This document shows positions 37,579 through 47,135 of a stretch of DNA of 64,000 nt, piece after piece (position 1 is the stretch's first letter; each line of letters opens with the position of its first letter). The stretch lies in IMG/VR virus record IMGVR_UViG_3300030493_000012; one strand, given 5' to 3'. Under the pieces are notes generated by a model, which searched no databases, was not told where the DNA came from, and saw only the letters and a list, made by a program, of their open reading frames with translations. A program made the position numbers and the translations under genes. The DNA comes from a virus.

Positions 37579-38730
37579 TTAGTTGACTCCACTCATAAAA
37601 ACGCCGATTTGCGTCTGCTGAGGCCCGCCTACTTGAGTCACGAAGTTCATGCTTACGCTCTTATTACCTTGTAAACTTGAACTAAAGTTTTCGCTCTCCA
37701 AACGAGCGCCACGAAGTTGGAAATAAGCAGCAACGGCGCTGTCATCTCTCGTAACGGTATCTGGGCGGTACAGTCGAACGCCAATGTTGTATTTGCCAGT
37801 ATCCGAGAACAGTTGCACAAGCGAGCCGGTCGCAAACTCCCCAACGTCCGCCGTTATTGACATTGTAGCCTGAACTGGAAACCGTGGTTCGCGGGAAAAT
37901 GGAAACTTTGTTCCTAGTTTGCGGAGTGGGTCACGCGCCAAATCAAAACTAATGGCATAATTCTGTATTTTAACGTCAGTTAAATCTACGCCTGCGTTTC
38001 CACCAAAAGTACCGAAATCAACAACAATATCACCCGGTTTCAATACTGTAATACCAATCTCACTTCCAACCGAGCCAGTTGGATTTGTCAAAGCATGTGG
38101 CAACATGAAAGTGTTGCTCGCGATTGGTGTACCATCAGAAGGATTGATTGCAGGAATCAGACCGCTGGTATAGTTATTGAAATTAACATTAGCCCCTTCA
38201 AAACGAACGGAACAACTGGGAATTCCACCAACCGCGCCCTCTGTGCTATAAGAAGAAATAAAACAATTTCCGAAACCAAGAGTATTTCCGCCGACACTTG
38301 TGGGCGCACCGGCAATCGAAATTGCGTCGTTGCCTTCTGCTACAGTTCTAATAAAATAATTCTTTTCATCAGTTTCTTTAGTCAATAATCCTGATAAACA
38401 ACTTACCATTGTTCCAGAACTAATATGTAATCCTAAAATTCTCTCATTATACAAAGACGCCAATAAATATGAAATATCCAATGAAACAGTAGGCTCATTG
38501 ATTGACTCTTGTGAAATTGCGGCTAACTGGTTGAATTGATTTACATCAGTTCGAGGAATATTAAATCCATAGTTTGCGCTTTGAACACGCAAAAGCTCCT
38601 TGACTAAAGAGCCTGAAATTGGCCCGACAGCACCAGCGCCACCATCACCGGCAGAAAAGTGATACCCAGTTGCAGGAGATGGGCCAACATAGACAGCTTC
38701 AGATTGGTATATTGTGCGATTGCGTGCCAT
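37579..38730 (-). CDS. major tail tube protein (probable)
   Basis: Downstream of the head-tail joining genes. It has its own late motif (38762-38769), an AAGGA RBS and a terminator. Motifs RVQSANY, FGNCFISSYS.EG.VG and IQNYAISFDL.R.P..KLG.KFP. Confidence 0.75.
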   Translation of the reverse strand: MARNRTIYQSEAVYVGPSPATGYHFSAGDGGAGAVGPISGSLVKELLRVQSANYGFNIPRTDVNQFNQLAAISQESINEPTVSLDISYLLASLYNERILGLHISSGTMVSCLSGLLTKETDEKNYFIRTVAEGNDAISIAGAPTSVGGNTLGFGNCFISSYSTEGAVGGIPSCSVRFEGANVNFNNYTSGLIPAINPSDGTPIASNTFMLPHALTNPTGSVGSEIGITVLKPGDIVVDFGTFGGNAGVDLTDVKIQNYAISFDLARDPLRKLGTKFPFSREPRFPVQATMSITADVGEFATGSLVQLFSDTGKYNIGVRLYRPDTVTRDDSAVAAYFQLRGARLESENFSSSLQGNKSVSMNFVTQVGGPQQTQIGVFMSGVN

Positions 38731-38803
38731 AAATTATTCCTTAATTATTATTGTTACTTAAAATTACACCAAAAACACTCTTTTGATAATTAAAATATCT
38801 ATT

Positions 38804-39661
38804 CTAAAGGCTTCTAGGATACCTGTATTGGCAAATTTCTGTGTCGAAAAATCCTAAATAAATTGGCACTGGAAAGTTGATTGCTCCTAAAAATTGATTT
38901 GTTGAGGCGCTTTTAATGAAAAATGACGTTGAAACATCTTTGGTGGCGGCTAATCCTGTATAATTAAACCCATTAATACCACTAACTAATCCACCCATTG
39001 TATTAAATGGCATTTCATAGTTTTCAATTTTCGGAACATATCTTCTGGCCGTGTCTCTAATCAAAGACTGAACTGAATTTAATTTAAAATCTGAATCAGC
39101 TAAAATTACGCCTCTTAATCTATAATTTGTTTCATCCTGCCCGCCAAAGGCAAAAGGTGTATTTTCGGACTTGCCAAATTTCAAATAAATAGCTGGATAT
39201 ACAGTTTCATTATTGACTAAACCTGTGGGCGAAATTGGAATTTTTGTTTTATTCTGGAATTTTGACTCAATAAGTAAGGTTTCCTCGGTTTTGGAGGTAA
39301 TGTAAATATTAAAATCTTTAATGCTAAAATTACCGCTAACATTAGCTCCAACTGAGCCAGAGAAATATAAACGACCATTTTGATAGTCTATTTCATGAAG
39401 CCCGCTTATATTCTTACTAATTAAGACATTATTTACTGAAACGCCGGTCATTATATTAGCCCCGCTAATGCTTGAGTCAACCACTAACTGAGTATATGGT
39501 AAAGCATAAGTTGTAAAATTCCCGCTTGGCCCCTTAAATATCGTATTAGAAGGATAAAAAACAGACGAAACATTAGAAATAGCCTCGCCTTTTGAACAAA
39601 TAAAATTGTCCAGCCATAAGGCATAACTCGACATTACTGTATTGTCTAATTGAGGCTTCAT
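38804..39661 (-). CDS. putative tail terminator / tail completion protein
   Basis: Directly upstream of the tube gene; YPAIYL...NTPFAFGG.D.T.Y.LRGVILADS. Confidence 0.55.
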   Translation of the reverse strand: MKPQLDNTVMSSYALWLDNFICSKGEAISNVSSVFYPSNTIFKGPSGNFTTYALPYTQLVVDSSISGANIMTGVSVNNVLISKNISGLHEIDYQNGRLYFSGSVGANVSGNFSIKDFNIYITSKTEETLLIESKFQNKTKIPISPTGLVNNETVYPAIYLKFGKSENTPFAFGGQDETNYRLRGVILADSDFKLNSVQSLIRDTARRYVPKIENYEMPFNTMGGLVSGINGFNYTGLAATKDVSTSFFIKSASTNQFLGAINFPVPIYLGFFDTEICQYRYPRSL

Positions 39662-40278
39662 TCTACATTATCTATCATCTTTAAGGCGGCTCTGAAATCT
39701 TTTAACATTGTTGGCAAATACCTATCTACGCCTTTGTATTGAATACTTTTTATCTCTTTTACAGACTGAACACCTTCTTTCGAATAAGAATTTGGAGTTC
39801 CGAAAATACCTAAATAATAATTTAGCCCGCTAATACCATTTTCAATTGCATAAATCCAACTTCCACTAGCCCACTTTGGCATTGGCGCTGACCTATCAAA
39901 ATCTTTCTTCAATGGTATATTTACACTGAATTTATAGCCGAGCCTGCCTTTTTGTGTTACTGGCAAGTCTTGAGGATTATTTTCAACAAATATTCGCTCT
40001 AATTCTTCTAAAACCGGCGAAATTGCATCATAACCAGCATCGAAACCTATAAAACCAAACAATGTACCATGTGATTTGCCTGATAAGTAGGCGCTTCCTT
40101 CATTATGTTCTTGAAGTTCTTTTGTGACTCCGTGGCTTGAAAATTCGCTAATTAAGTTTTCTCTCAAAAGCTGAACTTTTTCTTTCAAATTCAAAAAAGC
40201 AGAACGCCTAGTAGCAGAAGTGTGTTTTGTTACCGTTTTCTGGAAATTATCAAGGAAAATTCTAGTTTTGACAGCCAT
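39658..40278 (-). CDS. putative neck / tail-completion protein
   Basis: Position in the head-tail block; LFGFIGFD and SWIYAIENGISG. Confidence 0.5.
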   Translation of the reverse strand: MAVKTRIFLDNFQKTVTKHTSATRRSAFLNLKEKVQLLRENLISEFSSHGVTKELQEHNEGSAYLSGKSHGTLFGFIGFDAGYDAISPVLEELERIFVENNPQDLPVTQKGRLGYKFSVNIPLKKDFDRSAPMPKWASGSWIYAIENGISGLNYYLGIFGTPNSYSKEGVQSVKEIKSIQYKGVDRYLPTMLKDFRAALKMIDNVE

Positions 40279-40706
40279 TATTTTACCCTTTCTAAGGTAT
40301 AGGCATAAGTTTCCAAGCCTAGGTAATTTCTAATGCCATCGTCACTAATTAAATTAAATAGCTGGCCGTCCACCAGAATATTGACAATTTTACCACCATT
40401 AATGAAATTTCTAGCATCAGCACGAACTTTAATTCTAGTTTTGCCATCAGGAACAGCCACTGGAACATTGCCGTTTTGCCTTAAAGTTTGATTTCCATGA
40501 CTAATTTTAGCTAAAAATCGGCCACTAACATAGTCATAAGTAGTATTTTGAGTTGATTCTCCATAACCTGCATATTGAGAATTATCAACAACTATGGTTT
40601 GAATTGGCTCTTTAAATACAGTAATATATCGGCTATAGGTGTCAAAACCGTTATAAGCAGCACCTGTAGCAGCAGTTATTTGAGTTGAATTTAATAAACT
40701 GGACAT
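40278..40706 (-). CDS. putative head-closure protein
   Basis: 142 aa, beta-rich, in the head-tail block. Confidence 0.5.
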   Translation of the reverse strand: MSSLLNSTQITAATGAAYNGFDTYSRYITVFKEPIQTIVVDNSQYAGYGESTQNTTYDYVSGRFLAKISHGNQTLRQNGNVPVAVPDGKTRIKVRADARNFINGGKIVNILVDGQLFNLISDDGIRNYLGLETYAYTLERVK

Positions 40707-41182
40707 TATTCACTGGTTCGAGAGTATTTATTGACAACCATATCAGCCAAAACATCATTTCCTGGTATTGACAATGGAGTTGAGCCTGTTAGTTTGTAGC
40801 CTTGAGTTAATTTGGATAATGCAGAACGCTCATCATCAAGTAATGTTTTAAATGTTTTTGCGACTTCGTTTCTGTTCAAAAATCGAGTTGTGGTATTATC
40901 GTCCGAAATTTCTAAGACAGAATCAAAAGCCTGAGCGCCAAGGCCAGAATTTATTCTTTTTTGATAATAGTAGATTTTGTATAAATGATAAAATACAGAT
41001 TTTTCTTCGTCACTTGGTTCAGGATTTATAGCATAAGTTGTTTCGGAAATTTCAAAATCAGTATGTAGCAAAAGATTGACCTCGCCAACTTTGTTTTTCA
41101 GCCAAGTAATAATAGCAGGAACAGACAAATCCGTGTCCTCTAAATCATCATAAAGTTCTTGAGCTATGTCTGTGGCTGTCAT
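40706..41182 (-). CDS. putative head-tail connector / adaptor
   Basis: 158 aa and helical; first gene of the head-tail block. Confidence 0.5.
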   Translation of the reverse strand: MTATDIAQELYDDLEDTDLSVPAIITWLKNKVGEVNLLLHTDFEISETTYAINPEPSDEEKSVFYHLYKIYYYQKRINSGLGAQAFDSVLEISDDNTTTRFLNRNEVAKTFKTLLDDERSALSKLTQGYKLTGSTPLSIPGNDVLADMVVNKYSRTSE

Positions 41183-41185
41183 AAA

Positions 41186-43135
41186 TTAAAGCTCCGTTCC
41201 GTTTTTCGTCCAGGAGGTGAGTATGCCGTTGATGTACACCTGAACGTTTGTTACTGCGGTCGTCCCGTCAACTTCCTTGGAATACCAAGTATTGGTGATG
41301 CTCTTGGTTGCGGTGGTTCCGATGTGCGAAAGTGCGCTGATGGTGGTGGTTCCTCCGAGCCAGTTGGTTCCTTCACCAGCAAACACAACTTGCAAATTTG
41401 TAGAAGAATTAAAAAGTTGAAATTGTCCTGCTCGTCCTGCCGCTGCACCCCCTGATCCAGATGAACCAGTTTTAAGCATAACGCGCACATCTCCACCACT
41501 TCCTCCAACGACTGTTCCACTCGTGGGCGTTGCGCCTGCGCCGAGTTCAAAAATAAAAGACGAGGCATCCACAACCCTGGTTGCTGCCGCAAATCCATTT
41601 CGTCCCATCCAGTAAGTATCATTCCCCAAGGAGCTTCTGTTGTCTCTCGCCGAATTGGTCACGGCGAAATAATCATGTCCTGTGGACTGAGCGTAACTGC
41701 CACTTGTCCCCATATTCAGACACAGCCTCTCACCCGCTGGGTTGTAAAGCCAAGTGCCAGTGTTTCCAGTTCGAGACAAAATTGCACCTCGGCGGTTTGA
41801 GAAATAACTGTTATATCCGGTCGTGTCCGTGTACATGTACGAATATCCGGCGGGGTCGAGTAAAAGCCGCGTACCTTCAGTTACGGGGAATAGTTGCCCA
41901 ACTTGATTAATTCCCCAACGATTCGTGCCCCAAGTGCCGAAATAAATCGGCATCGAATTGCTTGTGCCAGTTCCACTGGCAAAAGTCCCCAGATTCATCC
42001 CCGTAGAAGTAAGGCTCATCTGGTACTTCTCAAAATTCACCGCGTCACCATAGCCAGCGCGATGCAGAGTAATTGTGGAGTTGGTTAGTAAATTTAAGCC
42101 GTTGGTTAAGGTTAAATGTGCAAAATTTGTATCTGTTACCGCAGTTCCATGAATAGTTATTACTCCGTCATTTGTAATTAATAAAATATTAGTTCCCTGT
42201 AATAAAGACGTTACTGTATAAATATTTGTGGCTAAATTTATTTGGTTAGTTAAAAACTCTCTATTGGCCATTACATTAGTATTGATATCCAAAATATTAG
42301 GATTATTTGAACTTAATCCATAACCAACACCGGCCCAAGGAATTACGTCATTTGTTGTTAATGAGGATGTTCCAAAACCATTGGTTGCTGTGTTTATGTA
42401 ATTAGTCAAAAAAGCTCGCGAGGCTAAATAATTCGTATCAGCAATACTTGATAAAGTATAAATTGACCGCCCGCTTACAACATTAGAAACTATAGTAATA
42501 TTTGTGCCAACAGCAACACTCGGAAGCCAGTTTGTATGTGCTAAAAAGTTCGTAATTGAGGCAGTTACAAATCCATTAGTGGCCGTATCAATATAATTAG
42601 TCAGAAAAGTCCTAGAGGCCAAAACATTTGTGTTTCCAGAAAATGTTAATTCCCAATTGTTAGTTGTAATATCAACGCCTGAACCAGCAGTTAAAATATA
42701 AATTTGATTTGTTCCAGCTAAACCATTAGTTATTGAACTTGTCACGAATCCATTTGTTGCAGTTTCAAGATAATTGGTCAAAAATATTCTGGTCGCTATA
42801 ACATTAGTGTCAACCTTAATAATTCCTGAATTTGTAATTATGGTCAAATTGTCGAAATTAGTAAAAGAAACATCACTATAACTTGAAGCCGAAATTGTCA
42901 CTGAATTGTCAGCATTGGTCACAAATACCATGTTTGTCCCAATTAAAAGATTTGACTTGGTAAATATGTTGTTGGTGAAGATAAAATTCGAAGGCTTGGA
43001 TAAAACACCATTTGAATCAACCATCACAGTTCTTAAAGCCCCGGCCATAAAAGCAGGGTCATTGGCTGGCGCTGAATTTAACACAGAACCAACTATCGTC
43101 ATTAAAAACAAAACAAAATAATTAATAAATTTCAT
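41186..43135 (-). CDS. Thr/Asn-rich fibre- or adhesin-like protein with signal-peptide-like N-terminus and GC-rich C-terminal module
   Basis: The start MKFINYFVLFLMTIVGSVLNSA (ATG 43135) abuts the previous stop. Four A.R.FLTN...ATNG repeats and TN-rich beta segments follow. Confidence 0.6.
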   Translation of the reverse strand: MKFINYFVLFLMTIVGSVLNSAPANDPAFMAGALRTVMVDSNGVLSKPSNFIFTNNIFTKSNLLIGTNMVFVTNADNSVTISASSYSDVSFTNFDNLTIITNSGIIKVDTNVIATRIFLTNYLETATNGFVTSSITNGLAGTNQIYILTAGSGVDITTNNWELTFSGNTNVLASRTFLTNYIDTATNGFVTASITNFLAHTNWLPSVAVGTNITIVSNVVSGRSIYTLSSIADTNYLASRAFLTNYINTATNGFGTSSLTTNDVIPWAGVGYGLSSNNPNILDINTNVMANREFLTNQINLATNIYTVTSLLQGTNILLITNDGVITIHGTAVTDTNFAHLTLTNGLNLLTNSTITLHRAGYGDAVNFEKYQMSLTSTGMNLGTFASGTGTSNSMPIYFGTWGTNRWGINQVGQLFPVTEGTRLLLDPAGYSYMYTDTTGYNSYFSNRRGAILSRTGNTGTWLYNPAGERLCLNMGTSGSYAQSTGHDYFAVTNSARDNRSSLGNDTYWMGRNGFAAATRVVDASSFIFELGAGATPTSGTVVGGSGGDVRVMLKTGSSGSGGAAAGRAGQFQLFNSSTNLQVVFAGEGTNWLGGTTTISALSHIGTTATKSITNTWYSKEVDGTTAVTNVQVYINGILTSWTKNGTEL

Positions 43136-43136
43136 A

Positions 43137-43625
43137 TTAGGTATAATCTGGCGGGCCAAGCACTAACTGTTGGTCATAAGCGCCAACCGCACGATAACCA
43201 GTAATAGCTCCATCCCAAACCTGCAAATGACCATTTTGGAATCGGTAATTGTCGCCAGTAACAGGAACCACCTGAATAACTACATCAGTATTTGTGATTT
43301 CTGGGTCAACAATTGCTTTGCCTTGTAAAACTCTTTCCGCGCCAGTTATTGAGGTGTAAATTTCAACATCGTAATATAAATTTCCGGCTGGTAATGATTC
43401 TGTGTCATCGGCACCTAAAGCCAAAAGAACCATGCCACTAGCCGGAACCACAACGTTCGGCTCAAGGTTCATTATAGCCGTGCTGGAAGAATAACGATAT
43501 TTGATAACGCCGCGAGCAGAATATCCAGTCAAATTTCTTGCCGTACCGCCGGTGTCAGTGACGGTGTAAAGCAAAGAATAACTGCTTCCTTGAGCTATAA
43601 GTAAATCATAGACTGTTGCGGCCAT
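43137..43625 (-). CDS. BppU/LtfC-like beta-sandwich virion adaptor
   Basis: YDLLIAQGSSY...NLTGYSARG.I...G.V.L.L.A..T..LP.G...YDVEI...RVLQG...V.PEIT, a common phage fibre-attachment domain. Confidence 0.65.
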   Translation of the reverse strand: MAATVYDLLIAQGSSYSLLYTVTDTGGTARNLTGYSARGVIKYRYSSSTAIMNLEPNVVVPASGMVLLALGADDTESLPAGNLYYDVEIYTSITGAERVLQGKAIVDPEITNTDVVIQVVPVTGDNYRFQNGHLQVWDGAITGYRAVGAYDQQLVLGPPDYT

Positions 43626-43637
43626 AGTTTTTAATTA

Positions 43638-44024
43638 TTAAACAGGCTGTTCGATTGGTGTCTCTGGCACTGGCGGGGGCCAATTAAACCCTTCAAGGCT
43701 AAAATATCTAGCCAAAGCCGTTTTTGCCTCATTGCGCTTGGCAAGAACCTCTTCATCAGTTAAATTAATATCACTAGCTACGCTTCTTAAAAATTCGGTT
43801 GTTTTATTTATTCTTTGTGTTCTATAACTTGCGCCAGTAGAATCCCAACCTTTTTGTGCGTAAGCAAGAATTTCTTGGATTGAGATTGGCCGAATATGTG
43901 GAGCATCAACTAATGTTCCTTCTTGTGCTCTAACACAGTAAATTAAATCAATTAGAGTATTTTCGGAAAAATCCAATGAACCAATCTCTTGGTTATCAGC
44001 AAAAATTTTAATCTGAATATTCAT
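43638..44024 (-). CDS. hypothetical protein
   Basis: 128-aa ORF preceded by GTGTAATTA (44048-44056). Confidence 0.6.
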   Translation of the reverse strand: MNIQIKIFADNQEIGSLDFSENTLIDLIYCVRAQEGTLVDAPHIRPISIQEILAYAQKGWDSTGASYRTQRINKTTEFLRSVASDINLTDEEVLAKRNEAKTALARYFSLEGFNWPPPVPETPIEQPV

Positions 44025-44075
44025 AGTGTAAAATAAAGTTTCTCCTTTAATTACACCAAATCCTGCTTCTAAAAA

Positions 44076-44465
44076 CTATTCAGACTCAGGTGCATCAATA
44101 TATTTTGCTCGCTGGCCTGTCTGCTTTAACTCTTCCATGACTTGTTCTTTTGTCAAGGTTGATTTTGGGCGGCTAAAACCTGTTTTTTGTTCTTTAATCA
44201 GATTTTCAAATTTAACTTTTCGAGCAATATTGACCTCACCATCACCTAAAACATCAACTTTAAACATTTCTGGACTAGTTTCAATTTCAGGCTCTAGTTC
44301 TGGCTCCGCTAATTCATTCTTAATAATAGGCGTGATTTTCGGCACAATTTTCGGACTATTCGCCATTACAATAGACATTCCTTTACCACAAACATTACAA
44401 AATTTAGGTTTTTGGAGAGTATAAAGATTTTCGGCACCACAACTTGGACAGTAACTTTTCAACAT
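44076..44465 (-). CDS. zinc-ribbon protein
   Basis: N-terminal CPSCGAEN.YTLQKPKFCNVCG. Confidence 0.6.
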   Translation of the reverse strand: MLKSYCPSCGAENLYTLQKPKFCNVCGKGMSIVMANSPKIVPKITPIIKNELAEPELEPEIETSPEMFKVDVLGDGEVNIARKVKFENLIKEQKTGFSRPKSTLTKEQVMEELKQTGQRAKYIDAPESE

Positions 44466-44515
44466 AATTTTGCCTCTTTAAACTAGATTTAGTTTGTTTT
44501 AAACTAAGAGTTGGA

Positions 44516-44872
44516 TTAAAGCATTAATTTACGAATAATTTCGTTTTTCTTTTGAGCGTCGGACCGAACAGTTTGAGCGCCACCAACTTTATAAAAAGAA
44601 CAATAGCCTCGAAATTCGTTAATTAAAGCATTCATTCCGCGAGTTCGTTCGTTTTTGTCAGTTGGGTCTGTAATCTTTATTCCGAAATTAAGAGCATACT
44701 CGTACAACTCATTGGCAGACATAGATTTAAGCTTGGTCTCGAACTCGGACTCATCAATTGTGCCGAATTTATTACCTGAATTGCCAAAATAGGCATTTAT
44801 AGTGGCGCTCTTAACTTGCTTTGGAACAACCTGACCGTTGGCTTGCTTTAATTCTTTGAGTTTCTTTTTCAT
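44516..44872 (-). CDS. hypothetical protein
   Basis: 118-aa ORF preceded by GTGTAATC (44885-44892). Confidence 0.6.
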   Translation of the reverse strand: MKKKLKELKQANGQVVPKQVKSATINAYFGNSGNKFGTIDESEFETKLKSMSANELYEYALNFGIKITDPTDKNERTRGMNALINEFRGYCSFYKVGGAQTVRSDAQKKNEIIRKLML

Positions 44873-44930
44873 ATCTTTACAAGAGATTACACTTAATGTT
44901 ACGAAAATATCTTGACTTTCGGAAGTATTT

Positions 44931-45929
44931 TTAGGCGGTTATTAAGGATTTATCAATAATAGATTCTGGAGTTTCAAGAGGCTCTTGGATTGTAAGTGCC
45001 TCTGGCTCAGGAATATAGATTGGAGCATTTTGCGGCTCAATAGGAGGTTCGATTTTATAGGTAAATAAATGAGGATACCTTTGCTTAAAAATAAAAAGTT
45101 GTTCTAATATTCTTGGATTTTTCCATTTTCTATCAAGAGTCGGCAAGTTCGGAATCGTGTTAATTACCTCAACAATAGCCATAGCCATTGGCCCGCAAAC
45201 AGCATATCCATAAGCTCTGGAGCCTTTTATTGAATATATTTTACTATTGTTTGGTCCTCTTATTGTTAAAAATTTGTCGTATAAGAAAGACTTGATCCAC
45301 TCTAAAATTTTGATACTTGCGCTAATCCAAGTTATTGAGACTTCATTATTTTTAGTGTTTCTTATCTGGACGCTGCCATCGCCATCCGTATAACCCGCTA
45401 AGTAGCAGAAAGATAGGTAATCATTTAAATTAGGAGGCGCTAATCTGTACGTCTTTTTTGGCTCTATGTTGAAATTGTTTTTCAAATCTACTAAACATTT
45501 TTGAGCGCCACTTATTCTTATTGATTTGCAATAGCTAATTAACCCGCTTTTTCTTTTCATGTTTTCGTCTCGGATGTTTCCTGTAAATTTCATTTGAGCC
45601 TTTAAAATTTCAACTTGCAACTTGTCTTTTTCGTGCAACGTTAAAACAAGCAACGCACCGTGATGGTGCTTAGGATAAGCGATATACCCATCTGCGGCTA
45701 AATAACCAGCCCAATAAGAATTTAATGGATTCGGTATTGCAAAAAAATCATCATCATGTGAATATTTTTTAGGTTTATAATAGTTACTAATACCTATTTT
45801 ATGAGCCTTTGTTCTACATGCGCTGTCGGTTTTATTTATAAGTTTACCAATTTCAGAATAACTTATATTAGTCTCGGCTAATTCTTTTAATTTAGCGACC
45901 TTTTCTTCTGTCCATCTGTTTTCATTCAT
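44931..45929 (-). CDS. free-standing double-motif LAGLIDADG homing endonuclease with N-terminal HTH
   Basis: YWAGYLAADGYI and YLAGYTDGDGSV; N-terminal WTEEKVAKLKEL...SYSEIGKLI. Confidence 0.88.
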   Translation of the reverse strand: MNENRWTEEKVAKLKELAETNISYSEIGKLINKTDSACRTKAHKIGISNYYKPKKYSHDDDFFAIPNPLNSYWAGYLAADGYIAYPKHHHGALLVLTLHEKDKLQVEILKAQMKFTGNIRDENMKRKSGLISYCKSIRISGAQKCLVDLKNNFNIEPKKTYRLAPPNLNDYLSFCYLAGYTDGDGSVQIRNTKNNEVSITWISASIKILEWIKSFLYDKFLTIRGPNNSKIYSIKGSRAYGYAVCGPMAMAIVEVINTIPNLPTLDRKWKNPRILEQLFIFKQRYPHLFTYKIEPPIEPQNAPIYIPEPEALTIQEPLETPESIIDKSLITA

Positions 45930-45948
45930 ATACTATACATCCTTTGCT

Positions 45949-45977
45949 ATTATAGGCACTAAAAAACCGAATATCAA
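45949..45977 (-). promoter_or_regulatory. sigma70-type promoter TTGATA-N17-TATAAT for the LAGLIDADG gene
   Basis: On the + strand, ATTATA at 45949-45954 and TATCAA at 45972-45977. The -35 lies inside the capsid terminator hairpin. Confidence 0.6.
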
Positions 45978-45992
45978 TAAAATATTCGGTTT
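45961..45992 (-). terminator. rho-independent terminator after the major capsid gene
   Basis: AAACCGAATAT-N7-ATATTCGGTTT, followed by a T-run on the - strand. Confidence 0.8.
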
Positions 45993-46007
45993 GTGAATTG
46001 ATTTTGA

Positions 46008-47093
46008 TTAGACTTCTAATCCGGTAACACAGCGACTATCCACGCAAATACGCCCCTCTTCGACCCCGCCGTAAAATCCCAACTTGCCCGAACGCTTAGT
46101 GAATGTATCATCCACATTCAATTGTAGCTCGCTTCCGTTTTCAGTATTTTGTGCTACAGCGCGAATTAATGCGCCACGGCTCGAATCTACGGCTAAAACA
46201 ATCTCGTCAGAGGCAGTTGTAAAGCCGCTAGTTTGATAAGCTCCGTATAATATATTGTACGCTTGCCCAATACCCAGTTCCGCGAGTTCAACTACGTTCT
46301 TTTTGTAGATAGACATTGCACCGGCTGAATCGTATATTTGCTGGCGCACGTTGTCCGGGAGCGGAATTGCGGTTGACTCGTCGGTGTTGGGAACTGCGCG
46401 AGTATTCATAGGTTGATAAGCCCAGCTTCTTAACTGCTCTCCCATTTCGTACGAAATAAACAAATCGGTATATCCATTTGAAAATGGATTAGCCGGTGTT
46501 CCAGAATTGAAGGCAGTGTTTAAGCGTTTACCCAATGTCAAGAGACGATTAAAATCATCTAACTGTAGAACATTGGCAGTAGTCGCGTCAATAACGTGCG
46601 CGGTTCCTTTAGTAGAAGCTTCCGCGAGCGTCTTTAGAACAACCAACCAAGCGTTACGGTCTTGACGAATCGCTACTTCTTGTGCAGCTCGATTAAGAGC
46701 CATTGATACATAAGGAAGGCGACCGCGCTGAACGTTACGAGTTAACAAAGCAATGGCAGTTTCGAGTTGGTAGGTCTGAACCTTTAACTCTTGCAAACCA
46801 GTAACTACGCTGGTGCCAGTGCCGCCAGCAATACTCTGGCTCCACACTTGTACTTGGTCAACACCAGTACCGTAGAACATGTCAAGAGGGAAACTCGCAT
46901 CGTCGTCCTGAGCGAATTGCCAATCAGTGTAAATCAGTTTCGCGGTAGATAAAAAATTAACTACTTGCTGAATAACTGGCCCCATAGCGGCGGCGAAATC
47001 TTCGCGGGCTTTCATGGCTGTGGTTAAGTCATTAGAAGCCATAGCTTTGATTAAAGCCACTTGCTCTTGAGTGTTTTTGAATTGAATCTTCAT
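46008..47093 (-). CDS. major capsid protein (HK97 fold, probable)
   Basis: 361 aa, downstream of the protease/scaffold and decoration-like genes, with its own terminator. C-terminal GFYGGVEEGR..VD.R...GL.V. Confidence 0.8.
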   Translation of the reverse strand: MKIQFKNTQEQVALIKAMASNDLTTAMKAREDFAAAMGPVIQQVVNFLSTAKLIYTDWQFAQDDDASFPLDMFYGTGVDQVQVWSQSIAGGTGTSVVTGLQELKVQTYQLETAIALLTRNVQRGRLPYVSMALNRAAQEVAIRQDRNAWLVVLKTLAEASTKGTAHVIDATTANVLQLDDFNRLLTLGKRLNTAFNSGTPANPFSNGYTDLFISYEMGEQLRSWAYQPMNTRAVPNTDESTAIPLPDNVRQQIYDSAGAMSIYKKNVVELAELGIGQAYNILYGAYQTSGFTTASDEIVLAVDSSRGALIRAVAQNTENGSELQLNVDDTFTKRSGKLGFYGGVEEGRICVDSRCVTGLEV

Positions 47094-47135
47094 ATTTTGT
47101 TTTTTGCTTAAAGATTTATACTGATTTGTTTAGAA

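Noticed and set aside
44912-44945. TTGACT on the + strand as a promoter
   Set aside because: There is no -10 at a 16-18 nt spacing and no + strand gene downstream.
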